The position numbers and the translations under genes are program-made. A DNA stretch of 62,899 nt, counting the filler, from Stramenopiles sp. TOSAG23-3 (Eukaryota), in assembly GCA_900128585.1 (NCBI GenBank). It is 24 parts of 24 records of this genome, joined end to end, with 100 filler letters (N's around TTAATTAATTAA, not from the genome) between each part and the next. Parts side by side here need not be neighbours in the genome. Positions count along the whole stretch, not along the records: positions 34,230 to 36,754 come from LT644758.1; positions 36,855 to 39,378 come from LT644759.1; positions 39,479 to 41,997 come from LT644760.1; positions 42,098 to 44,616 come from LT644761.1; positions 44,717 to 47,233 come from LT644762.1; 19 more parts are not named here. One strand, written 5' to 3'. The notes beneath the pieces were generated by a model. That model did not search any database. It was given only the letters and a program-made list of their open reading frames with translations, and had not been told where the DNA came from. Shown here piece after piece: positions 35,166 to 46,365 of the stretch (within the stretch, counting starts at the first letter, position 1; each line of letters opens with the position of its first letter).

Positions 35166-35939
35166 TCACACATTTTCGTCTCCGACGCCCGGAGTGTCCT
35201 GGGGATGCAATAATGGGTTGCGCACACCAATCGCAGGCCCACTTCCCAGATTGGCTTCTTCGACCATTTTATCAACGTCCAGGGCAAAAAACTCCAGGCC
35301 GCCCTTGACAGTTCTCCCGTAATACCGATAATCACCAAACCACATCAAGATCGACAGCGAACATACTATTGTGACGGCAATACCTGCAGCGGGAACGTTG
35401 TAAAATTTTACCCATGCACTCAAACCTATCGTTAGAAAGAAAATTGGTGCGGCCCACGAAAAGAGCCGAAAAGTAACGGACCACTTATCTTTGAATTTTT
35501 CATTCCAAACCCTGACAAATTCAGCCTTTCTATTCTTTTTGACAGTCATCAACGTTACTGCGGTAAGCATTAACGTAGCCTGCACCATGACCGTCGCCAT
35601 CAGTGCCACCTCCGTCGCAGAGCATAAAGCGTATATGGCAACTAGCCAGTGTGGAATAGAGGGATCCACAGTTAGCTCCACAAACATGACGATCGTGAAG
35701 CCCGCAACCAAGGCAGATAAATTTGCAATACTTTTCATTGCACGGCATTTGAGATCCACCACACGCTCCTTCTGATCCAGTGCTATTACCATTTTTTCGT
35801 TCTGTCGCCATTCCAAATCCTGTTCACGCCAGACAACTTCCCGTTGTCGATAGCGCCTTTCCTCTTGCCGCCATTTCAAGTCTTGGGTACGCCACTCTTT
35901 CGCTTCGACGGACTCCGAGAACACTTGGAAAAGTTCCAT
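35166..35939 (-). CDS. ORAI: Orai family Ca2+ release-activated channel subunit
   Basis: TM1 MKSIANLSALVAGFTIVMFVEL (cf. SALLSGFAMVAMVEV); TM3 ending WVKF; 4 TMs. Confidence 0.88.
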   Translation of the reverse strand: MELFQVFSESVEAKEWRTQDLKWRQEERRYRQREVVWREQDLEWRQNEKMVIALDQKERVVDLKCRAMKSIANLSALVAGFTIVMFVELTVDPSIPHWLVAIYALCSATEVALMATVMVQATLMLTAVTLMTVKKNRKAEFVRVWNEKFKDKWSVTFRLFSWAAPIFFLTIGLSAWVKFYNVPAAGIAVTIVCSLSILMWFGDYRYYGRTVKGGLEFFALDVDKMVEEANLGSGPAIGVRNPLLHPQDTPGVGDENV

Positions 35940-37010
35940 TTCACGTCTTCAAACTACAACCAAACGATTGTTTCGTGATAAACGATGCAGCAAAAGACAA
36001 CTTAAATGATAAAATATAAGTAGACAATAGTATAATATCTTTAAATATATCTTGAAATGCTTGAATATAATTACTTGCTGTCACACATCCTCGGGCTTCT
36101 ATATACATTAAGTTATAAATTAGTACACCACCACCAAAAGGGCAGGGGGGCGTCTCTATTGATTTATTTAACTCTCGGTACTAATTAATTACTACCCTCT
36201 TCTCTCTCTATGTCGCGCGTCTACTCTTCTTTATTACGGAAGAATAATAATAACGGTTTGAAGTTTGAAGAGAATAATAGTTATCAATGGTAGTTATCAA
36301 TGGTGATGATGCCAGATGCCACGTAGCCAAATAATAAGTACTATTAAGAATACATTATGTATTCCTATCACACAATTTTAATAAATAAAATAAAAAAACG
36401 AAGAAGAAGAAAAAAATGAGAAGAATGTCTGTCTGTTTGTCCTTGTCCGTTCACGAAGCAGTTGTTTTCCTTCTTCTTATTATTATAAATGCGCGCGCGA
36501 TTTTATTACTTTTTTGGAAATTGAATGAACATTATTTAATTACGAGTTTGTAAAATAAATTGGAGTATCGAGATTTCTAAATTTAAAAAAATCACATTGG
36601 CGGACGGTTTTTAATAAGGGATAACGCGACCATATCAATCTCACTGATCGCACGCCAAACATAGTTTTGTACAAAGTATGAGCCGTAGGCCCTCTCGCGA
36701 GCCCAGGCTTCTTCTTCGAGGCAAAAAGCAAGCTAAGTTAGGCACAACAACAGGNNNNNNNNNNNNNNNNNNNNNNNNNNNNNNNNNNNNNNNNNNNNTT
36801 AATTAATTAANNNNNNNNNNNNNNNNNNNNNNNNNNNNNNNNNNNNNNNNNNNNTATTATTCCCGTCGTACGAGTTTAGTCAAAATGTGTTGTACGAGTA
36901 CTGAATACGAATGATTTAAAACACATTTCACATTTCGCAACGAAAAGCCTTATTAAACCGCAGCGGTGGGTAGTTTGTACGAACCTCTTATGTAGTCTGT
37001 AGGTTCTAAC

Positions 37011-37937
37011 ATGGAATCTCTGCGAATCGTCGATTCTCACGTCCACTTTGCTGGGCCAGAATTGTCAAACCCCTGGGCGGACGGAGACCTGAATCCTGAT
37101 TGCGCGGAGGCTCACCCTGGAACGGCTGTGCACGTGGATCGTACCAAGGACGGGCAGCTAATGGAGTCGTCGCTGGTCCGCGATGTCGAAGAAGGGGGGT
37201 TTAATGTAGAAAAATTAGTATACGTGGAGTGCTTCAACGGGACACCGTTAGAGGAGGCTCGGTGGGCCCTCAAAATGGCGAGCAACGACGCGTCAAAAAT
37301 TGAAAGCGTTGTGCTCCATATCCCTGTGCCACAAGGGGGCGAGGCCGTTCGGGAGTTTCTGTCCCAGCTAAGGACAGGGCCAAGCACTAGCGCACTCCCG
37401 AAACAGCTGCGAGGGGGGAGGGTGGTTTTGCTTGGTTGCCCCATGCCACCCGCGGACGCGTGCAATAGCGTGCAATATTTGGCCGGCCTGGCCGCCCTCG
37501 AAGAGCACGGGTTGCACTGGGAATGGTGTTGCCACCACACTGCCTTGCCGTTCGTTGCAAAAGTCTGCAGAGATTTTTCAAAGATGACGTTCGTGCTAGA
37601 CCATTTAGGAAGAAACGGGGGGAACGAAGACGATGTGGAGCAGTGGAAGAAGAATTTGAGCGCGTTGGCGGAGCATCAAAACGTAGTAGCAAAAATTGGA
37701 GCCATAGAAGAGTGGGGCGTGGCGGACCCTAACCCATTGATGGACCACGCGGTAGCATGCTTCGGCTTCCAACGTTTAATTTTCGAAAGCAACTGGTTCG
37801 TGTCAAAGGCGTGCGGATATAGCTACAAAACACTTGTACAAACGTCTTACGACGCGGTTGTTCGGAACGGCGGGAGCGAAGAAGACGTAAAGGACGTTTT
37901 TTCCCGCAACGCCGAACGGGTTTACCGCCTCTTGTGA
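37011..37937 (+). CDS. Amidohydrolase_2 family, L-fucono/L-rhamnono-lactonase-like
   Basis: IVDSHVHF; VYVEC; FVLDHLG; NVVAKIG; FGFQRLIFESNW; NAERVYRL. Confidence 0.85.
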   Translation: MESLRIVDSHVHFAGPELSNPWADGDLNPDCAEAHPGTAVHVDRTKDGQLMESSLVRDVEEGGFNVEKLVYVECFNGTPLEEARWALKMASNDASKIESVVLHIPVPQGGEAVREFLSQLRTGPSTSALPKQLRGGRVVLLGCPMPPADACNSVQYLAGLAALEEHGLHWEWCCHHTALPFVAKVCRDFSKMTFVLDHLGRNGGNEDDVEQWKKNLSALAEHQNVVAKIGAIEEWGVADPNPLMDHAVACFGFQRLIFESNWFVSKACGYSYKTLVQTSYDAVVRNGGSEEDVKDVFSRNAERVYRLL

Positions 37938-38153
37938 CGACGAGGAGCGAAAAGGTTTGAGAAACGGTGCCACCGAGGACGTGGATGGAGGAGCAGGAAG
38001 AACCAATTGGAGAGTGAAGGAAGGCGATCGCCTTTGACACCTTCTTTTTTCTTTTTAATGTACAACCCTAAAATACAATAAAAAAACAAATTATATATAT
38101 AACTCGAACACACTTACGTACCCCTGACACTCCCCACTTCGGTCTTTCCCCTG

Positions 38154-38912
38154 TTATTCACTGCTACTCAATAGCGGCTGTTGCATGTTGTTATCGGTGC
38201 CTGCAAGGTATTTCTTGCCGTTTAGCCACCTTTTCAGACCCCCACCATCGGGTGTGATGGGTTCGCCGAGCAAAATTTCCGTGTCGCCCATTACCCCGAA
38301 CTTTTCATGACTCATGCGTTTGTACATCACCAGGACCGTGCGGAGGGAGTACGCCAACATGGCCACTTGAAAAGTTATAGGCAGTGTTACGTATCCGACG
38401 GTGCCATCGTCATTGAACGGTTCATATACGCAATCTTCTTTCTTCTGTTTTTCGTAACCAATGGAGCAATTGATGTCGCGATAAACGATGCTCACGACAA
38501 TGTTTGCTGCGAAGGAGACCAGCAACAATACAAAAGACCTCAAAACGTGCTTGGATTCGGACTTCATGAGGGCGCACGCTTTCAGGACCGCGCCTTCCTG
38601 CCCGCGCAACGAGAGGGATTCCCCCAGGGTGGCGCAGTATATGCCGCACACCAGGCAGTGCATCATAAAACCCAACCCAAGCGTCGCAGATAGAAGGTAC
38701 GCCCCCCAGACGTAGTAATACATAGATTCCATGTCGTTGTTGGGATTTTGCGGACTATGTGTCGACTTCTCGCACAAGAACCCCCCAATAACAGCCGCTT
38801 GCGTGCATATTGAAATGAATCGGTCTTTGTAGAAATTAACTTCTTCTTCCTTGAGTTTGTACATTCGCTGGATTGCCTCCGCTTCCAGGGCTTCTGTTTC
38901 CGCGGCAATCAT
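38154..38912 (-). CDS. Four-TM membrane protein, distantly Orai-like
   Basis: LKEEEVNFY..ICTQAAVIGGF, G.SLSLRG.EGAV.KA..M..E; four hydrophobic segments. Confidence 0.6.
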   Translation of the reverse strand: MIAAETEALEAEAIQRMYKLKEEEVNFYKDRFISICTQAAVIGGFLCEKSTHSPQNPNNDMESMYYYVWGAYLLSATLGLGFMMHCLVCGIYCATLGESLSLRGQEGAVLKACALMKSESKHVLRSFVLLLVSFAANIVVSIVYRDINCSIGYEKQKKEDCVYEPFNDDGTVGYVTLPITFQVAMLAYSLRTVLVMYKRMSHEKFGVMGDTEILLGEPITPDGGGLKRWLNGKKYLAGTDNNMQQPLLSSSE

Positions 38913-39478
38913 CGTGGCCCGAGAGGAGACGTTGGATCAATTCGGACAATAGGGGAACAAACACACAGCGCTGGGGTGGACATGCACAATACAGGCTCTT
39001 TCACGCAAATGGGCAGGGCCAAAGGTGAAGACAGCCAAACGAGGCGCGTAAAAAAACAAACGTACACAACTTATACTACCATATACTATTGTACTCGAAC
39101 AACCGGCGGCGGCGGAAAAAAAAAGCAAAAAGCGTTGATTGATGACGATGAAAGCACACCTTTTACATGATTCCTAAAAAAGATTCTATTGCTTTCTGTA
39201 TTTATTCTGCGATACCACCGACTCTTACAATTGTTTTGAACAAAAAAAGTACAACAGAAATGCAACAAAAACAAGAAGTACCAAGAAGAACGAAGAAAAG
39301 AAGACACAACATACATGGGAAGAATGGGGAGAAGAGAGAAGAGAGAGAAGAGAGAAGAAAAGAAGAAGAAGAAGAAGANNNNNNNNNNNNNNNNNNNNNN
39401 NNNNNNNNNNNNNNNNNNNNNNTTAATTAATTAANNNNNNNNNNNNNNNNNNNNNNNNNNNNNNNNNNNNNNNNNNNN

Positions 39479-41997
39479 CATAGGCAGTCATCTCGTCAAT
39501 GATTGGGAAGGTGCCACAGTCGGTTTGATGGAAAGTCGTCGAGACAACAGGTTCAATAGGTACCTTGGTCACATTAATTTCCAAATTTTCAACATAGCCA
39601 TTTGGTTGTCGGCGAACCATGGTCAGCCTTGCGGCGTTGGCCTCCATTAACACCCTGTCCATACCCCCGTTGTCATCGAAATCGTCGACGTTCTGACCGT
39701 TAATTGCGTAGAGCTCGTCCCCGTATTTGACCAAATTAATCCCTACCACTTTTTTATTAATCTTTCGAACTTCAAAGAAGCGCAGGCCCCTCTGAACCGC
39801 GGCGGCAAAATTGACCCCGAACCTCAACCGTTTCTTGAATACGACCCTGGAGACGGGAGTGGCAATACTGCTGTCTTTCACTACGTAAATCGCAGGCATC
39901 TCTGGCGAGGTGCTGTTGTCACGTTCAGTAACCACCGCCTTTGGCAACTCGATCGTGGCATTTGTCGCGACGGTATCGTTCTTCTTCTTGATACTGCTCC
40001 CAACACCCTCTGATTTATCAAACTGTGCGGATTGGACACCAAACTGTGCGGATTGGACAGCCGGGGTCGCAGAGCTCTCAGCTTCGACGGGAGCCTCTTT
40101 CGCAATCTTACTAGATATTTCAGGGTTTGGTATTGGGCAATACTTTTTGCAAAATTTAAGCTTTTCTTCCATCTTCATTTTGGCCATGTTGCACACTTGC
40201 ACAGACATGGACTCTAATTTTTGGACTTCCAAATCTGCCTCCTCGATTTCTTGATTGCACAAGCCGTTACCATTGATAGAAAAGATAACGTCCCCTGCTT
40301 TGAGCGCGGTCAAGGACCCCTCAGACGCAGGTTCAACTTTCCTGACGGCCGGAAACCCAGCACACCCAACGCTACGAATGCCAATGTCTAGACCCTGTAA
40401 GAGATTCTTGGCATCAAACTCTGTGCGCGAACGCCGGAGCGTCACGGTGAGCGTTTTTTTGCCCCGGGTTACCTTTAGTACAAGCTTCTGCCCAGCTTCA
40501 ACTGCAAGTGCAACGTGTAGCTGCTTTATGGATGCTTGCGAAACGTCTCTTTCACCGATGACCCGCAAAAAGTCGCCGTACTTCAACCCAGCCGTGAACG
40601 CAGGATTACCAGCTACTTCGTCAACACTACTCACGAAATACTTGAAGGGGGCCAAATTGTCTGGGGTTCTCTTCTTTACGGAGAAGCCCCACTTTTGGTA
40701 GACCCGCTCGATTGAAACCATTTTACAGACTTCGCTCATGGGCTTAATGCAGTACGAGCATGCCTTTGGTACGGGGCCTGCAGGCGAACTAGCTTCTGGG
40801 CACAACGTTAGAGTGACTTTAGTTTTCTTTGCCAAGGTGGCAAGGACTTCTTTTGCATTCAAATCGCACGTACGGACGTCATCGACCATGGTAACTAGCT
40901 CTTTCATTTTGGGAGACGATGGGTGCTTTGCCGCTGGGGAACTGTCTCGAACGCTGACGATTTGAGCAAATTGTCCGCACTGAAGTTCATACGGGAACGA
41001 GTTCAAGACCAATCCAAAGTCTGCGTCATTTGCTCCGCGGCTCAAAGTAACGGTTCGGCACGATGCAGCCTTTGACGATGCATGTCCTTGCGCATCTGCT
41101 GGCAACAGCTTGGCCAAGTCCTTGATTTTCTTTTGAATACTGTCGATTTCAGAATTACAGTCTGTGCCGGCCGGGCACGCTGTGTTCTTGTCCAACACCG
41201 ACTTAGCCCAGGAAAGGTAGGCAGAAAGGAACTTGTTGTCGATCGCGTCGTTCTCTGCATCCTCCCTAGCAGTGTCCAGAAGGCGCTGAATGTTCGCCCG
41301 AAGAGCTTTCGTTGCGTTAATTTCCATAGTTTGAATGATGGAGCAGTTGAATTTTGAGCGAGGCAAAGTCGCGATCACAAGCTGGGAAGTTCCCTTAGCG
41401 ACCGTGTTCGATTTGTTCAGCGGCATCCCCACCGTCGGCATGTGATTTATGGCAATGACTACGTCACCAACCGTAATCCCACCTTCAAACGCTGGCGATC
41501 CCGGAACAACGTTTGAAACGACTATTCTATCATTGGTCTCATTTCCGCAATGGTACTCATTTCCCTTGTACTGAGCAAACGTAATCCCAAATAAGGACCA
41601 CCCCTGCAAGACATCCACCTTCAAAGTCTTCATCTCTGCACCACGCACCCGAGTTATGTTCAATTCCATTGTCCTCACACCAGCACGAATTTTATCGTAG
41701 AACGCTGCTTCTGTCATGTTGGTCGTCAGATCTCCACCAATGCTGGCGATCTCGTCGCCCACGCGAAACCCTGCGGCGGCACCATCGCTCCCGGGAGCAA
41801 CACTCTGCACGACATACACGGCACCCTGTCTTTTCATTTGCATGCCTAGCGTGTAAGGGCTCAACTTTAACGCCACATGCTTTGACTTTGGGTTGCGCGG
41901 GTCTGTGGGCGGTGCAGGGATGGAAGTAGACGCATTCGCGTTGTCGCTTTCCCCTTCAGCACTTGTGGTATTGACTCCCACCCGGTTCACCGTCACA
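39479..41997 (-). CDS. Multi-PDZ domain protein (both ends truncated)
   Basis: At least 6 PDZ patterns (LGMQM..VAPGSDGAAAGFRVGDEI; FGITF..VVPGSPAFEGGITVGDVVIAIN; WGFSV..GLKYGDFL; LKAGDVIFSING; GDELYAINGQNV). Confidence 0.9.
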
Positions 41998-42683
41998 NNN
42001 NNNNNNNNNNNNNNNNNNNNNNNNNNNNNNNNNNNNNNNNNTTAATTAATTAANNNNNNNNNNNNNNNNNNNNNNNNNNNNNNNNNNNNNNNNNNNNTAT
42101 AGGGAATAATTATATATTAGAATACATTTTATTATACTAAATAATAAGGAATACTTTTTTTCTTCTTCTTCTTCTTTCTTTTTTTTTTTATTTATTATTA
42201 TTATTATTATTGTATTTTTTATATTTGATTGGTTGATTGATTGGATTCAAAAGGATGATTAAAACGAAACCAGCGAAAATGTGCATCATAGGTAACCAAA
42301 ACCAACTTCTTTGTATCTTACGCTTTTAAATCAGATGGCTCTGTAATTTAGGCATTTAAAATTTATCTTCGTCGTGTACGGCAAATTAATGTCTGCTCCT
42401 TATGCCCAGTAAAGGTTTACAGACAAAAAGCTTTTTATCTAGATATCCTACGGGTTGCAGGGTCGCAGCATACTACCATTATATAAATTTGTTTTTCATA
42501 CGGTCATCTATCATATCATATCATAGAAAGTTATGACCACCGCTTGAAATTTCCAATTCATCCTTCCGTGCAATGTAATTTGTTTTTGTCCAGTAAAGGT
42601 AAGAATTGTTAAGAAATTATATATAATAATAAGGGGACGAGCAAAGCCCTGGGGAAAAAAAGTTCGAACACCGCCCCCGCGCT

Positions 42684-44049
42684 TCACACTTCCATCACAC
42701 TGCGGGGCACGGCGTTCCCGCCCACCACGACGTTGCCCCCCTCTATCTCGTGGTCGTGGACCACGATGGGCTGCAAGGTGGTCGTACCGAGCTTTTCGTC
42801 CGTCTTTCGCAGCCAGCTCTGTGCGGCCTCGTACGACGGTTTCTTCGCCAAGGAGGCGAGGAAGCGCTCTTTTGCGTTCTCGTACTCCTCCAGGTAGTAG
42901 TAGCAGATGCCCTGGTTGTGCAAGGTCACGTTGTGCGCCCCGCAGTTCTCCGTGGAGCTGTCGAAGAGGCGGATGGACGTCCAGTAGTCCTTCAGCCCCA
43001 TGTAGACCCGTGCCATCTCGAAGCAGATGTCCTTTGAGTTTTGGAGGTGAAAGTTGTTCTCCAGGACCCCCTTGATCGTCCGTCTCAAGTCCTTCCGGGT
43101 GTGCTCCGAGGTGTCCACTGACCCGACCTTCCCAATGACGACGTGCTTGAACTTGTAGAACACGTCGGGGTCGTTCGACGAGAGCCGGATCAGGGACAGG
43201 GCGTGCCGGAGGGACGGCGCGTTGGACTCGTCGTGGTCGCATCGCTGCAGGGTCGAGAACGATTCGGGGTCGAACCCGTTCGCCCAGTCGTGGAACGCCC
43301 GGCAGGTCGTCGGGGCCTGGGCCTTGTCGAAGTTGAACCCCATCAGGGAGCACTTGAACCCCTCCGCGTACGAGGACAGGAGGGAGAACCCCCCGGCCTC
43401 CTGGGCGTACAGGCGAAGGGCGTGGAAGTTAACCATGAGGGAGAAGCTCCCGTGCTTCGCAATGTGAGGGTTTCGCAGCCCGGCCATGTCCCTGTGGTTC
43501 TGGTACCCCTTGTCCCCAACGAGCGCGAGGAAGGGGACGTTCGCCCCCTTGCAGATCGCGGCGAGGTCCCGGAGGAGCTTCATCCCGCCCAACGGGATAA
43601 GGACGGAGCTGTCCCCGCCGTGCTCGAGGTGCGCCTTCGTGTTGAAGTCCTCCGCAGCGGCCGGGTCGTCCATCTCCGGGGCGCAGACTCGGGCGTCCCC
43701 CGAGATCAGCTGGGCGTACTTTCGCGGCACAAAGTTGAACGCCGGGTCGCCGTAGAAGTCGTCGCCCGGCCTCGCCGCCTCGTACGTCCAGGACGTGGAC
43801 ATTCCTTGGATGAGCTCGAACGGCTGGGGCACGATCTCTTCCCCGTCCATCCCGACTAAGGACTTGGCCGTCGAGGAGGTCGTGCACTTGGCAAAGTGCG
43901 GCACCGCCCCCCCCCCCGTCGTCGTCGTTTCCCTGGCCCGCCGCCCGCGCGCGGACCTGAAAGGCATCGTGGGACAAGGAGTTGAAGACGTAGTTGGAGA
44001 CGGACATGATGGGGCTCTTCAGGGTGGACGGGTCAATGGACGCCCCCGA
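42684..44049 (-). CDS. MidA/NDUFAF7-type SAM-methyltransferase-like domain + C-terminal TPR, 5'-truncated; frameshift at C-run ~43907-43917
   Basis: PIMSVSNYVFNSLSHDAF; LIPLGG; LVGDKGY; HGSFSLMVNFHAL; TPRs DICFEMARVY and TLHNQGICYY. Confidence 0.75.
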
Positions 44050-45307
44050 TTATGAATTACTGTATGATCGATTATTATTTAGATTATTTATTTATTACGC
44101 GGGATTTGACAAGGAGGACGACTAATCTAATATGTCACGATGATATTTTAATTCTATGCTATTTCCATATTAATAATCATGATGATATTTTAAGAACAAA
44201 TCGAGGAAGCTTTTTTTATTATTATCCTTTGTTTAACATGGAAATACCATAGAAATATATGGGTAAAGAAAGACCGATGCTGTGGTTACCTTGTCAAACA
44301 TAGGAGGAGTGAGTTGATGAAGAAAGTCGTCCTTAATTTTAGTTTTATTTTAGTGTTAATGATTAGGGTTCGTACTGCGAAGAGAGAAGTCACGAAGACA
44401 GAGCAAGATAACCTGACCCTAACCCTACCATGCTGTCACAGCATGGGTAAAAAACTTCAAAGTCGAGCAGCAGGATACAAAAAAAGAAATGTCATTTGAA
44501 GGGGATTGTGATGGAGATGTAAGGAGGTATTGGTATATTATTAATATAATACAAGTACGATAATGGTACTGTAAACGAACATTTGAATAGGAAATTGTTT
44601 TGTTATTCTTCTTCTTNNNNNNNNNNNNNNNNNNNNNNNNNNNNNNNNNNNNNNNNNNNNTTAATTAATTAANNNNNNNNNNNNNNNNNNNNNNNNNNNN
44701 NNNNNNNNNNNNNNNNCAATTCTTCCAATTCTTCATCAATTCTTGAAGAAGAAGCAGGACACAGTGAGAGTTATAAAATTAACATAGAAATAACAGTTGC
44801 ACATATTTTATTATCCGTTTTATTTTTTGTAAAGGCATTTATGTAGGAGGCAAGATTTCAGCAAATTTTTTATTTCATTTCGATATATAGATAGGGTATA
44901 TATAATAATAAGTATAATAATTATTGTATTCTTCTATTTTTTTTATTAAAATGAAATCGTAACGTTAGTTATACCTTTTATTCTTCTTTTATTCTTCTTT
45001 TGTTGTTGTTGCGCGTTTAGTTTTATATCTATAACACCACTTTAGTACAGGAAACGATGAGATTAGATTATAGCGCAAAATGAAAGAAAAAAAAACACTT
45101 CTTCCTTTTCCAACTTTTCCTCGTTGGGTCTTTTGTTGATCACAGGGAAAAGAAAACAAGAAAGTAATAGCGTGTTTTTCGTTCACGAATGATAATTTAG
45201 TAACGCCAAAAGAACGTTTTTTTGGCATTTCATTACCCGAAGGTTTTTTTTGTAATTAATATACCAAGGAGACCACTTTCGTTTGAACAGCTGGTACCAG
45301 AAAGACA

Positions 45308-46300
45308 ATGGGAAGACCAGATGCAACCTCGAAGAGTACCGGTGTTCCTGGGAATAGGACAGGGAAAGACTACAACGGTTTGAAGGCGCAGTTTCGGATT
45401 GGTTCCATCCATGGCCGCTGCAACTATGGGTACGACGAAAAAGCCTTTCACAAAAGCGAAATTCCCGAAAAGGCCTTGGAGGCCAAGAGGGAAATTCGCA
45501 AAGCGAAGCGAGGCAACCGTTTGGGCCTGAACAAAGACGGTTGGAACGGCAGTACGTACACGACAGCCCACAAGTGCGTGCGCGACCAACACCAGCTCAG
45601 TGCCCACGATGCCCCGCTCTTTCAGCACAATTATCGCGCGGAGAAGCTCCCAGAGAAACGCCCCCCGTTTGTCCCAAAGGCAACCCACTTGGAATTCGAC
45701 CAAGCATTGCTTATCGCCGACCCAAAGCTTAGAGCCACCGCGCGGACCCTGGCCCCATCGCTGGACACCCAGGAAATGCCGGTGCACCCCAACTTGATAG
45801 GAAAAAAGTTGTGGGACAACTCAACGTCCAACCAAACGCGCTTGCCCATTGAGAGAAGGAGAAAAATGGAAGAAGAGGACAGGAAAATAAAAGCTTTAAG
45901 AAAGCGCCGCCCAATCAACGTCCCAGGGTACTTGGGGCCTGCGGAGAGGGAGAGGAACTCTATGAGAAAAATGCGCGAGACGAAGAAAATTTTACGAGAA
46001 AAGCCGTACTTGGCATCTACGGACGAAGCAGGCAATGTAACGGTGCTTCAAGACGGCGCAGCGGGTAGAGCAAAGGCGAGAGGAAAGTCCGGAGGAGGAG
46101 GAGGCACGTTCAAACCGTACAAGACGACAGTCTCGAGGAAGTACAAAACATACGAACATAGTGGCGTGTATGAATACAACCAGGTGGACAAGATGTGGAT
46201 GTGGAGTGATACCGCGTCCGAAATGAAAAACGGAAGGGGGGACATTGTCAAAACCCACAACCCCGACGCCTGGAACTTTGCCGACGGCGTGTACTCGTAA
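45308..46300 (+). CDS. Hypothetical basic protein with Trp-rich C-terminal motif
   Basis: 330-aa ORF; YEHSGVYEYN..MWMWSDT..NPDAWNF. Confidence 0.75.
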   Translation: MGRPDATSKSTGVPGNRTGKDYNGLKAQFRIGSIHGRCNYGYDEKAFHKSEIPEKALEAKREIRKAKRGNRLGLNKDGWNGSTYTTAHKCVRDQHQLSAHDAPLFQHNYRAEKLPEKRPPFVPKATHLEFDQALLIADPKLRATARTLAPSLDTQEMPVHPNLIGKKLWDNSTSNQTRLPIERRRKMEEEDRKIKALRKRRPINVPGYLGPAERERNSMRKMRETKKILREKPYLASTDEAGNVTVLQDGAAGRAKARGKSGGGGGTFKPYKTTVSRKYKTYEHSGVYEYNQVDKMWMWSDTASEMKNGRGDIVKTHNPDAWNFADGVYS

Positions 46301-46365
46301 ATTTTTTAAGTGTACAAAATTATTTAATAGTGGCTTTGAACAGTGGGGTTTTAAGAACACGTAAC

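Noticed and set aside
35166..38912. Apparent cluster of two Orai-like genes around a hydrolase
   Set aside because: A spacer at 36755-36854 separates the contigs, so the adjacency is an artefact
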